DNA of 37,633 bases from Spirogloea muscicola (lineage: Eukaryota). The notes below the pieces were generated by a model. That model was given only the letters and a program-made list of their open reading frames with translations, was not told where the DNA came from and ran no database searches. The stretch is from contig WELB01000002.1 of NCBI GenBank assembly GCA_009602725.1, positions 1,659,478 to 1,697,110 of the forward strand, read 5' to 3'. Both the position numbers and the translations under genes were made by a program. The number at the start of each line of letters is the position of its first letter. Within the stretch, counting starts at the first letter, position 1. Of the stretch, positions 8,066 through 20,472 are shown piece after piece.

Positions 8066-11000
8066 ATGGCGGCGCCGCTCGCTCGCCCCGCGGCGACGGT
8101 GCCGGCGACGGCACACAAGTGTGAGCTTACGAGCAGGCTGAGATGGCGGCAGGCCGCTTTCCCGATGGCCAACGCTGGGGTGGCTCCAATGGCAGCCCAT
8201 CGCATGGAGGCCGGCCATCGGTCCCTCTCCACATGCTGGCCTCCGTCACCCGTGTCGTGCTGCCACATGATGCGGGGAAGCCCGAGCATGCCTCAGGTGG
8301 TTACTGCTGTCCCACTGTCCTGACCCAAATGCAGCTTTGGTCTGCCTCCACACATTGCAGCGCCCGCCCCCGCTTCGGTGCTGTGGCCTGGAGGCCCGCA
8401 GCTTGTGGGGTGCCTTGTGCTGTCGCTCTGGTACCGAGGAAGGCGGCCTGGACTTTGCACAACCGATAATGCAAAGCCCTGACCTTGATATTTGAAGCCG
8501 TAGGACTACAGAAATTATATAACCCTTATCTTCGGCAAAGCAATTGCGCGCTCCTCTGACAGGCGCTGCCGGTGTTTGGGCAGATGGAAGCCCCAGAGAC
8601 GAATGGGGTACCGCCCGAGGCGGCGTCCCCAGCAAGGCTGCAGCAGGCGGTGGTTGGCCTCGGCACACGTGGTGGCACCATGGTCTCCTACGTCGCCGCC
8701 AGCGGCCTCCTTCCCAGATGCAAGTTCTGGTGCGTCCGGGCTGCGAGCAAGCTGCTCCTTGACAAGCACTGCCGTCCTTGTCGATCCTACATAGCAGATG
8801 GGGATGCCTGCAATCGGCTTTACCATACGGCTCTTTATTGCGCAATTGCGAGGCCTAGACTTACTCAGACGAGCGCAACAAAAGGAGTACCAGGCCGGCT
8901 TTCATTCTTTGTACATTTCACAATTGAGAAGAAGACAATGTAACTTTGTCCTGCGCCAACGAAGGTGGCAGGCAACAGTAATGCAGCTTGTGATGGGGTG
9001 CCATTTTGAGGCTCCTTGGAGCAGGGCCATGAATACAGACGTCCAGGCTCTGCACGCAGCAGCGGTTGATCATCATCTGCAGCTGGGCGGTGGCCTCACT
9101 CTTGGCCTAGGTGTCCTGCTTGGGCACCCCTCCTTGACTCGTACAATGAAGTAGATTGTCACTTGAGGTCAATATGAAGCACTTGGCTTCCTATAACACG
9201 TGTGTAGTCTGCAGATTGAGAGCAAGTTTCTCGACATGCTTGTTCAGTGATCAGCCAGATAGGTCAAATATTCTGCTTCCAGCAGGCTCGTTGACCACCT
9301 TGGACTGAGAGAAACTGTGCAATGTTATCTGTATAGGCACAGGAGGGGATGGTGCGCTTGGCTTCAAGGCTGCTGCGTCGTCCGTGGCTGACGTGCGGGA
9401 TGCTCTTGCGGGGGCACAAGTCGTCTTCCTGGTTCGTCACTTTGATCCACACGCCACTTTCGTCCCTGAGGCCTTCTGAGTTGAGGAGTGACAGTACTCC
9501 GATGATGTATAGAGTTACAAACAAGGTCATAGCAGCTCCCTCCTATCTGAGATGCAAGCATATTCTTCTGCACTGCACACCTTTGAGTGGTCCTTCGCGG
9601 TACAATCATGCCAGCTATTGAAGGTACAGTGTAGGAGGAGCTTGTATGTCAATGAGTCCTGCGGCTGTTTACGGGCCAACGTGCACGTAGAACAAGGTCC
9701 GTGAAGTCTTAAGTTCTTGCAGGCTGTGGTGCTCCTTTGCATAGAGTGCACAAGAGAGACCTCAACACAAATGTAGTCTGGTAGTCTGGTCAACTAACAG
9801 CAGGCAAAGTGTGGACCCATCTGCTGCAGCTCACTGGCGCAGGCGGTGGTACGGGCGGGGGGGCGGCGCAAGTTGTAGCTCTATGCGCAAAAGAGGCTGG
9901 TGCGCTGACCGTGGCGGCTGTGACACGGCCGTTCATATTCGAGGGGGCGCGCCGCGCAGCACAGGTGGGCAGCGCTGCCCTAGCAATATATCTTCCAACA
10001 GCCAGAGTATCCGCAGACGAGCAGTGCAGGCTCTGAGTGCACTTGTTGATGCAGGTTAATCAGATTGCGGCACCATGAGCTAATGATTGTGAATTTCTCT
10101 GATGATAGTTGCGAGTTCCTCTGACCAGATGCTTATGTTGAGTGCAGGCATCCGAGCAGGTAGCAGCTTTGCAGGATGTGGCAGACCTGTTGATAGGTGA
10201 GTGGTTATTTGCACTAGCAGCATATCATGAATCAGGTTCCCCTCCTACAGTCTACTACAAGCGCACAGGTGCAGGTCATTTTGCGGTCCTTGTGCTTGTG
10301 CTTCTTGAGGATTGTGATGGACTGTTCAGTTGCGCTCAGTGGTAGAGCAGGACCGGCTTCTCGAGAGCACAGGCGCGCTTCCGCTGGCAGAGGCCTCCTT
10401 AGCAGCTGACGCTGCAACTTTGGATGCAGTTTACGCAGTCTCTAGCGCACTTGAGGTAAGGGTCTGTCATTCATATGTGTATTGGAAGCTCCTGCCAAGT
10501 CGTACATTGCGTGGCAGAAGATGCATGCACTACAGCAATTCATGCTTATGTACTGGCAGTGTGAACAAGGAATGAGAGGTTGTTCGAATCAGCTAGGGAG
10601 GGTCTCACGAGAGGACCTGATGGCAGTGACATGTGGGCTCGCTTGTGTTGGCCAGACTGGACGGGACATTATTGCCGTGGAACCTGGTAGTAAGCCGGAC
10701 AGTCTGAACAGCTCCCAGCTTGTTGAGGTTGTTCCCTCAAATGACCCGCAGTAACTGGAGCATGCTAGCCAGATTTTGTCAATCATAGACATGCTAACTG
10801 CTGTTAATTCCTGACCATGTCTGTAAAATTACATGCTGCCTAGATCAAGTGACCATATTAAAATTGAACCTCCCTTGACCACACCTGCAGATCCTCGCAG
10901 GGCTTGGCAAGGTAGCAGTTGGTTCGGGGAAGGCCACCAATGCCAAGGCAGCAGTCGAGCGTGCGATATTTAAGTCACCATTCCTGGACGGGTGTGTTGC

Positions 11001-13721
11001 TGTAAGTCACTTTCGAATGTATTTGATTGCTCCCAAGCGTCATAAACCAATTTTGTGCACCGGCTGGACTCGAAGGATGCTTAGATTGAGCACAACCTAG
11101 GAGTAGACAAGAGGTAGCATCTTGGTAGTACCCGTGGTGATGGGTTAGTAATACATACAGTTGCCACTGGCTGTGCCCGTCAACTCGTTGCAGCTCTTAT
11201 TCTGCCGCCCATGCTTGGCTGCGATGAGGCAGAGTACTCTGGCAGAGTGTTGGAAATATCGGCACACCCCCTAATCCAGCAGCTTGTGTCAATTCTGTTG
11301 AATGGGTCAGGGCACAAAGGGGGTCATCTTGTGCGTACTGTCTGGGCACGTCATTATGGAGAGCGACGAGCAAGAAGCTGTCTGGATGCTACAAAGGCTG
11401 GCTGGCTCGCAGGCAAAGCTCGTCTGTTGCAGCGTCGAGGGTGACCATCTTTCTCAAACTTTATCAGCCACCCTGCTCGTAGGGTAAGCTTGTGATTGCT
11501 TACTCTGCCAGTAATCATGACAGTCTCTGGCAACTGCTTCTCTTTGTGTGGGCCTGCCTTGCTCTTGCTCTGGTTCAGTGGTTTAATCACTCCAGCTTCT
11601 TGTTGTGAAGGAAAGTTGAGTTTGGTATGAAGTATGCACGTTGTACATCAATGCCTATGCACCGGCCTCATATTCACTGCAAGGTGTGCTCTTGCCCAGG
11701 TTGGCAGCGGAGACTGTGCTGCCTTTGCCTGCACAAGCTGCAAGCAGACTTGAGGTGCCTCAGAATGACAGTGAACCAAGTGGGCAAGGCAGCCTGTCAG
11801 CATCTACAGTGAGAGAAAGCGAGGTCGGAGTTACAGCAACGTCTTTGGAGGAGGTGTCCCTGTCTTTGGGCATGGCTGCTGCGAAGTTGAGAGATCCTCA
11901 AGAAGAGGCAGCCTTGCAGCCTGCACAAGCAGAAGCTATGGTAGGATGCAACGAGGAAGGGTCCATCGCGAACGCGTCCTTGGATGCCTCGAGGAAGCGG
12001 GCCTTGGGGAGGAAGAGGCAGGGCGTGGTTGCTGGCCAGTGGAAGCAGGCTGTGCAGAGCTGGAAGTCTGACCCCAGGCAGGACTTCGTCGGCCCACGCA
12101 CAGACCGTCCAGTGGACCGCAACTTGGTTGTTGCCAAAAGCTCCGAAGTAGTTCGCGACAGTATGCACAAGGCTGAGAAGAGGATGCAGAATCCCCAGGA
12201 CAGAGGGACCTTGGAGATGGCCCAAGAAAACCCTACGCAAGAGCCTCAAGACCAATATAAGCTACGTGGAGCTAAGCGGCGGTTGCAGGTCGCTCTGGTG
12301 AGCTGTGGTTCTTGAAGTGCATCGCTCATTGGTTCCTCCACTGCGAGCTGACTTTGCTCTTAGTGTGACAGATCTGTGAGTTTCTGTTAGCTGCATGTTA
12401 GGGCCATAAACTAGACAGCTGTGGCAGCTCTGCCCTGGTTCTCAGTAGTGTCATGTGTGTAGTAGACTTCTTAACGAGGTCTGCTGGCGTCTTTGGTATG
12501 TATCAGGAATTGGACAGAGCTACCTGTCAGAGGCAGCTGCTGGAGATGCACTTCAGAGGGGGGAAGTACAAAGGCTTCACCAGGGGGCGTGTACCAGATG
12601 GCCAGGTATTTCAGGGACCAGAGTTATTGTCTCGTTTAACCCTGACTCTGCTCAAATGCATCAATAACCATAATTTATGCTGCTCAGGCTACCTGTCAGC
12701 AATGCCGTGCAACCTTGCATGATTATGTTGATGATACTCACAATCGATTGTGAGTTTGCTTATATCTATGGATTTAATAAAGGTCAATCAAGTTAATCAA
12801 GTTCTGGCTTCTGAGGCTTCCCAACTGCATGGCATCCTGCCGCTGCAATCAAACAATATCTCAGGACTTACTCTGCATGGTTCTTCATCCAGGGGGAGCT
12901 TTCATTGCCAGATGGAAGTAGGTACAAGGGCGAATGGTCAAATGGTGCAAAGGATGGCATTGGCCAGCTCTGGGAGGCGAATGGCGATGTGGTGTGTGGA
13001 ACCTGGAAGCAGGACCTGCAGCATGGCGAGGTCCGTGATCTCCATATCCAGCAACATCTGCCAGCTGGTCTTCGTGCCAGTCAGTCATGAAACCAACGCT
13101 TCTCTGAAGGATGCCTTGGTTGAGGGTTTCCTGATTCGAAGACTTGTGTGCTTGGGCTTTTGTCTGAAGCTGAAATATTCGATGTGGATCGTTGTGCTGA
13201 TTGGTTGTCAGGGACTTGTTAGGTACCACTGGGGAGACACTTTGAGCGCCTCATTCTCCATGGGCCAGGTGCATGGCAAGGGCAAGTACACATTTGCAAA
13301 CGGTAGCAGCTACATTGGGGAGTTCCAAAACGGTGTACGTCATGGCATCGGCTTCTACACGTCAAATGATGGTGCAAGGTTAGCCATCAACACAGTCTGC
13401 TTTGATCAGAATAAGAATTGCAGGTGGTGCTTTGAGCGTAGATACGGATGGTTTGAGCTGGGCTATTTTAGATGTCTTTCCGTAGTGATTGTATCACCCT
13501 TCTGTACATTAGAATGTCTTGGCGTATAATCCATGCAAGGGTCTGTTTATCTTAGAATCTGATTGGCTTTCCTTCAGTTAGTCAAACAGAAGGAGAATAA
13601 AGATGAGCTAGACATGGTTGGTAGTCACAATGTTTGTGGCTTGTTGCATATGCGTGTATGGTGCAGATGGATGGAAGAATGGAGACTTGGCAAGCGTGTG
13701 TCAACATCGCAGGTTGACTAG
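8066..13721 (+). CDS. ARC3: Plastid division protein ARC3 (transit peptide, FtsZ-like domain, middle domain, MORN repeats)
   Basis: Spliced FtsZ-like exons: [93 protein letters not shown]|..[12 protein letters not shown]..|[25 protein letters not shown]. Then [17 protein letters not shown] (ARC3-typical) and MORN repeats [19 protein letters not shown] and [26 protein letters not shown]. Last exon 13667-13721 ([18 protein letters not shown]). The N-terminal exons are less certain. Confidence 0.9.
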
Positions 13722-14899
13722 CAGACAAGTAGCCATTACAAATCGAAGGCAGCATCACCATCGTGTGCACAGTTTACATTTTTTTCACTTATTCGCCGTG
13801 TTTGTCATGAGTCGCCTTCCAATCATGGTGTTGAGGTCTTGCATACTGATGTCCTATTTCTCATTTGGGCAAGTTCTACTAGCACAACAGCTAAGACTTC
13901 AGATCACTCAAAGGCATGACAGGTCAATCACAAAAGTGCCGATTATGCATGCCACACAACAAATTTGAGCCATTGTGCTGCTTATTGCTGCACACAAATG
14001 CAGATGATTCTCTTCAAGCATGGAATGGACCTTGAGAGACTGCTATAAAGTATCAAGAGAATGGCGAGTTTGTGCGTTGCAAGTGTGTACCGAATATAGC
14101 TACAGTTCACATTATCCATTATAAGGCATAAGGGCACCAGATGAAAGCTGATCAATGTCGCCCGATAATCGTGTGCTGCTGTCATACGTCCTATGTTGTC
14201 TCTTTTCACAAAATGGGTATGGTTCTGTACTGCCCAGCCTGCTCGCATATTGTGCACGTACTTGTGATTGCCTGCCACAAAGTTTACCATGTCCACAAGA
14301 AGTAGGTATGGGTTGTGCCTCACCTTTGATTGAGCTGCAATTGTCAGCCTCAACAATACCCTGTGCTTGCCTACATCGTCAATTCTACTGTGAAACTTGT
14401 GTGCCATGCTCATACATTGACCCGGGGCACTTGCTCCCAACTTGCTAAATCTATGCTGATTTTGTTGTATGCAAATGCCTGGCGGCCCTTGAAGCATCAC
14501 TCATGCAGTAGTCACTCCCAAAATGAACTAATAAAAGAAACTCATCACGAGGCAAAGCAATCTCACTAGGTTGTCCTGAAGCAAGCTCAAGACCGAAGCA
14601 GTTGTGCTGGGTAGCCAATACATGCAAGCAGCCGCAAGTGAAACCCCTCAGACTGCCTGTTAGAGTGTTCAAGGGCAGGGCCCAGGCCTCGGACAGGAGG
14701 TTGCTTGGAGGGGATGCGAGCAGTAGCATATGAAACTGCAGTTGGGTCATGAAGTCCTCGTCATACAGACATACAAGCATCCATGTGAATTGCTCATCCT
14801 TATGCTTCAAAAGTATACCGAGGAACATGAGGCCAAATTGCAGATTGTCTCGAGATTGCCGGCAAGGAAGGCAACATCTCAACGCAAGTATAGGATCAC

Positions 14900-15640
14900 G
14901 TGAAAGCCACTAAGGGTGTGTACTGAGGGTTAAAGAGCAAATAAGCGTTGAGGAATATCTGTAAGCTCGGGCAGGTTGGGCAGCATTGACACGCACCGAA
15001 GTGCGTGTTGTGGAAAGAGAAGGGGCCCGCAATGCAAGGGAGTCTAAGCCGAGCCAATACTCCGTCCTTGCGGATGACATAAGGAAGTGCAACCACTGGG
15101 GCTACACACACATAGCCCTAAGCTAGTAGGCGCCAAAGAAGAGAATGCGGCTGCTGATATTAAAAGAGCGGCTGTGAAAGTCAGCCAGATGCATACAGGT
15201 GTTCATGACGGAGCCACAGGCTAGGCAGCCAGGGCGCTCTTAGTAACCCCGTGTCAGCCCCAAAGAAGCAGGGCGCAAGCATGGCCGGAGGGGGCTTAAG
15301 CCCCAAATGAGCACCTACAAGTCGGACAGGAGAACTCAGGGAAGCTTGATTTGTTGGAGACGAGCTCTTGCGGCTTAGCTTGTCAGATATGCATGTGCTC
15401 ACTCGGGGATATTAGTGTCCCCTTTAGCTAGCTCATTACCCCGTAACAGGACACTTTTCGTAAGGCTAGAATTGGCGTCACTTTCAATGTCATGCGCACC
15501 GCGCGCCTACTCTCTTGTAGGAGAAACGAGCTGTCTACAGGGGGCGAGGGCCAGCCTAGAAAGAATGGACAAAGCGGCAACGTAGGAGGCGGCAATTAGC
15601 GAAGAGCTCTTGTGGGGCAATCACACCTTCAGCCCTACTG
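14900..15640. mobile_element. RLE-retroelement remnants in both orientations
   Basis: The + copy SLSDMHVLTRGY* plus type B UTR at about 15372-15515 is near-identical to 4709-4848. On -: LTRGY* at about 15240-15258, hairpin motifs at 15170-15190 and 15540-15575, and a diverged PQWLHFL..VNAAQPARAYRY segment at about 14950-15102. Confidence 0.65.
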
Positions 15641-16159
15641 GAAGAGTCTTTCTTCTTGTGGCGAGCTGTCGTTCTGGATGGCAGCACCAAGAAGCACATC
15701 GTAAGCAACTCTGCCCCGAGGGCTTGCCCGGTGGACCGGGGCCCATGTGTGCCGCAGCAGGATGGGCCCGGTGCAACGGGGTTTGGATGTTGAGGGGGGA
15801 TATTTCGGTGGCAAGCTCGGAGCGGGGGCGATTCGGACGGATCTACCTGCCCAGTAGAGAGTGAGACGGATCTTTCCAACTTCGACCTATTGGTACAGCC
15901 CGGGCGGCGCCTGATCTTGGTTGGCCTCAAGCGCCGCCAAGCCTCACCTCCGCGTCTTGTCGCCTGCGCAACGCGCCGCCGGGGGCTCCCTTCAGTCGTC
16001 GCTGGGTCGTATCGTCAAGTTTGCCACTAATGACTAGGATCTTGTTACAAGGGCGTCCCACCACAGTCATACATCTACTGTTGGGCTCATCGAAATACTC
16101 TCTCTGAAAGTAGAGGGAATGCAATAGCTGTGGGAGGCAACCCACAGCCATTTGCTTCC

Positions 16160-16262
16160 CCCTTAGCCAGCTAATGCTCATTGCCCCATTACCAGGGACC
16201 TTATTAGTAAGGCTCGAATTTGGCATCCGTTTCGTTTTCATGCGCACTGCCACCTTTCTCGC
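16160..16262 (+). mobile_element. Type B retroelement 3' UTR remnant
   Basis: CCTTAGCCAGCT..CTCATTGCCCC..GTAAGGCTCGAATTTGGC..TTCATGCGCAC matches 4760-4848 and 15420-15514. Confidence 0.65.
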
Positions 16263-16477
16263 TTACACTGGACAAGCCGTTTCTGTTTCACTCCCTCGCT
16301 CGGCTCCGAACGTTGAGAAGCCGAGGGGTGAGCGGGAGAGCGGACGTCAGCGCGGCGAGTGGGCCGGCGGTCGGCCCCGCTTTACCCAATGGCCGGGCCG
16401 CGGCTCAAGTTCCGCGCCGGATGAGATACGCTCCATGCAGGAAATCCCCCCTCCTCCGCTCGCCTGGTCCCCGTCGA

Positions 16478-16545
16478 CGGCGGCGGCGGCGGCGGAGGCG
16501 ACGACGGCGGCGGCGGCGGAGGCGGCGGCGGCGGCGGCGGCGGCG
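16478..16545. repeat. (GGC)n-rich microsatellite
   Basis: Interrupted GGC/GAC trinucleotide run upstream of the P450 gene. Confidence 0.85.
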
Positions 16546-16746
16546 ATCTTGGAGATTGCCTCTCCAGGCCCGAGACAAGCTGCGGCGGGGCCGGCAAGAC
16601 GTGCTCAGGCTTGATAGCGAGAGCGCGGGTCCTTGGCGGCCGCTGCGGTGGCGCAGGCCGGCATGCGGCGTTGCTGAGCGTGGCGGCCGGCTGCTGCGGC
16701 GTGGCCGCAGCCGCATCGAGCGCCGGCGCGCGGCCTTCCATCATAC

Positions 16747-19700
16747 ATGGCTTTGCTGCGGCTGCCGGACGGAGCTACCTGCCTCCGAGAACGGCAGCTC
16801 TGGCTCGTCGGTGTTGACCGGCGGGCACGGCCCCGGCCGTCTGCTGGCGCTCGCGTAATTGCAGGTGAGTGACTCGACTACGTGATGAGCAGGCAAAAGC
16901 TCACAGACCCGGGTACCAGGCTGAAAATCGTCGCAAATAAGCATGTTCAGCTTGGAAAGCCAAATAAGTGGATGCCCTGCATTTACCTCTGGACATATAC
17001 GAGTCAACAGAAGCTGAGCCGAATTCAACGCGCAGTTTCGGAGCGACTCAGTGATCAACCTCCTGCGGCCACCACGCCGCTGACAGAGAAGCTCTTCCGC
17101 AGGGGGTGCAGATGGTGGGGTACGACGCAAGCCAATACTGCTTGCGAGGTGTTCGCAGGCATTGCAAGCCAGCAGCGCCGACATGTCAGCTGCTGTCAGC
17201 TCAGACGCCAGCCGCTGTCCCTTTCACGGTGCTGCGGCTGAGTTCGGCACATTAGTGCGGTCGCCAGCTAGTGTACAGGTAAGTTATCATATGAGTTCAG
17301 CTGCGCAGCTGCACTTAGCATATGTTGAACAAGAAGTCCAGCTTCTATAAGTCTCTCTTGTGGCTGGCAGCTAACAGTGCTGCTGCATCACAGTAGCTCA
17401 GTAACGACCAATCCTCGAGTAATCAAGCTGGAGCCATTGCTTGGCACTGTCGTGGCATTGCTTCAGTCTTTGAGCCAAATTTTCTGGATACTGCACTCAG
17501 GATAAGCTCCTCATGTGACAGCTCCCTCTTGTGCAGGATGTGCCAGTGCTTGACTCCACCTCAGGCACCGACATTCCAGGCCCACACCCTCTAAATCTGG
17601 TCGCAAATATTCTTGACCTTAGCCACATAGCCCTGTTTGGGATTGAAGAGGCCACCCTCCAGTACTCTCGCAAGTACGGGGGAATCTGCAGGTGAGGAGA
17701 CTGTGCTCCTCAATACATTGTTAGCATCGTTCGTAAGCATGGGCAGCTCACTAGTGGTCAATGTAAGATATGACTTGAGTCGAAAAGCTGCACAGTTGAC
17801 AGATTGCGGAATGCTAGGCCATGGGTTCGCTTGGGGGTCGTTACAGTTGCAGGTGAATTGAGCAGCTAAGCGGCTTACCTGAGGAAGGAAACACTTGGCA
17901 GAGAGGATGCATGATATGGCTTACTCATCAAGCTGGCTATAGGCTAAGTCTGTGCTTCTGCAAAATTGTCCACTTCCAGATTCTCAAATGCCGTCAGTGC
18001 TTGGACCTTTGTTAATGACCCGGAGCTCGTGCACCATATTTGTGTGACAAATGCCAAGAACTATTCAAGAAGGTTCCTACCTGCCATATATGAGTATGTC
18101 ACGCATGGAAAGGGTATCTTAGGATCACAGGGAGAGTACAACCGTCAGCACAGGAAGATGTGCCAGCCGCCCTTCTTGTTGAAGAAACAGCTGCAGAGAT
18201 TCACACAAGTCATCGTTGATAAGGTAGGTAGCACTCCTGCCGTTGATGCCAGCATCTGTCATAAAGGTGAAGAGACATTGATGCCACTACGTGTGTGCAA
18301 GCTAATGCAGAATACGCCCCTGTCAATGGCAGGTGGAATCCATTGCAGATGTCTGGGAGGCAATGGGAAGTGTGAAGGGTGATGTTGCACTACACATTCA
18401 GCGACTGACCCTTGACATCATCGGCGCCGTGGCTTTTAGCAGAGACTTTGGCCAGATAGAGCGGGTCAAGGAAGATCCTGCAGGTATTACTCAGTAAGGT
18501 CAATCTTGGAGGGTTTACACAGGATCACTAGGTCACATTGTCACAGGAATCAGAAGAAGCAAATCTACGTATTAGGCAAGCAACACGCCTCACATACGCT
18601 GTCTCATAAGACCAAGTTGGGCTCACTCTACTCAGGGACTGCACAGGGTGGTGATGCTGGGCAAGATCGCCTCCTGATGGCCGTCAATGAGTCTCAGCAG
18701 TTGATGGGCAATGTCTTCATTACACCTCTGGTGGTTCTAAGGGCTTTGAGGGTACTTAGAGAGCCTGGCATGGTCAGGATGGAAAATGCATTAAATGAGA
18801 TGCGGAATATCATGACCAACCTGATTCAGGTATTGTATTCTAAATTTTCACTTGTAGCTCCAACGTGCTGGTTACTGAGGTCGAAGCGGCCAGCTACAGG
18901 CCTGCCGCCTTTGGATGAACGAGCACCTGCCAAGCTGATACATGTCCAGCTATATGGTATTGGCAGGATCGGCGACGAGAAGCTAAGCTGACTGGACAGT
19001 CTATTCCTGATTTACTTGGTGTGCTTTTGGATGCTGAGGTGATCTCTTAAAGAACGACGCCAAAGGGCACTATATAATCTGCTCTCAGATAGCATGGACC
19101 TGTGATCGTATATCCTCTTCCTGTTGAGAACCTGTCAAGCTGAAGCCTAAAGTATGTCAAGTATGCATCGATTGGATGATTATTGTTACTGCTTGCAAAG
19201 CCTGCAATTGGCAATCTAGATAACATTATGACGGGTATATTGCAGGACGAGAATGGGGAGAAGCTAACAGATGAGGAACTTTGGGAAGATGTTCACGACA
19301 TTATGGGAGCTGGACATGAGACTACTGCGACAACAATAACAGCAGCGTTATACTGCATCTCTCAGCATCCTGAGGTCGAAGTCAAGGTGCCATCTAATAC
19401 CTACATGCAGACAACTTCTTCATGACTCTTCGCTTGGCATTTGAAAAGTGGCAAGTATAGTAGCATATCCAGGGCACACAGTCAATATTTCACCTTGTGA
19501 GCTTCACTTGTTCTGCAAGCTCCCTTCTCTACTTTTTACACTGGTTCATTCGCTAGAATATGCTTCAAGGACCAGCACTGGCTGTGTGATTTTGGCTCCA
19601 CCACCAAATGAAGTTACTGGAGAGCTGTTTCGGGTCTAAATTCTAAGAGCTCGAGTTGTCCTAGCACTTGTTTTGCTTGTTCGTTGTCTGGCCACCTCCT

Positions 19701-20472
19701 CAACTCCACTCCTTGTAACAGGTTGTTGAGGAAGTCCAGAGAGTGTTGAAGGGGCGGCCCCCGCTGTATGAGGACATCACAAACGGGAGTCTTCAGTATA
19801 CACAGATGGTTGTCAAAGAAACTCTACGACTCTTTCCTCCCATCCCTTTGTTTCCTCGAGAGGTGCACCACACAGATACACTCCCAGGAGGTTACAAAAT
19901 TCCTGGCGGAGATGTGAGCCCATCAATTCTCCTCCACTGGTGTGAATCAGAACAAAGCAGCAGAATTGGGTCAGCAGGCGCCATGGCTTGTTGTGAAAGG
20001 CTGTGCTTGAGAGCTAACAATGTGGAGCACAGGACTCTAACACATGCTCCAATTGTTGCTTAGGTTGTTTTCATGTCAACCTATGCAATGGGCCGGAATG
20101 AGGCAATTTGGCCCGAGGCAGAGCTCTTTAGACCGGTAAGTACCTTGAACCTTGAACCCGGTTGTGCTGGCGTTCCAGCAACTGTAGACATTGGCTGGCT
20201 GAGCATGGCCTTCTTGTGATCGATAGGAGCGTTTCCTGCCAGAGGAAGAGGCAATGCGCCACAAATTCGCTTGGGTGCCGTTTGGGGCTGGGCCACGCAT
20301 GTGCTTGGGGGCTTCATTCGCGCTTATGTCGGTCACGCAAGTGGTAGCTGCCTTGATTCAGCGCTTCCACTTCCGTGCCATCAAGCCTATGGGAGTCTTG
20401 CATTTCAAGTACGATATCACCATGAACTTCCCAGGCGGTTTGCTTATGGAAGTTACACCGCGGAGGTTATGA
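16747..20472 (+). CDS. Cytochrome P450, probably CYP746 clan, with a putative organellar transit peptide
   Basis: Exons give DIPGP..YGGICR|FSNAVSAWTFVNDPELVHHICVTNAKNY..; LTLDIIGAVAFS; I-helix DVHDIMGAGHETTATT; K-helix ETLR; FRP|ERF; heme motif FGAGPRMCLG; stop 20470-20472. Start inferred at ATG 16747, exon to 16864, joined in phase 1 to 17112. The clan call is from memory of the WEDVHD(I/V)MGAGHETTA motif. Confidence 0.9.

Noticed and set aside
9809..10036. Canonical plastid FtsZ gene
   Set aside because: No T7 loop, and the gene continues into the ARC3 middle domain and MORN repeats.
16174..16858. Poly-Ala/Arg/Pro ORFs upstream of the P450
   Set aside because: They arise from GGC microsatellites in the 5' region; no domain recognised.
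19110..19120. ATATCCTC resembling a U12 5' splice site
   Set aside because: It lies inside a normal GT-AG P450 intron and is not needed for the reading frame.
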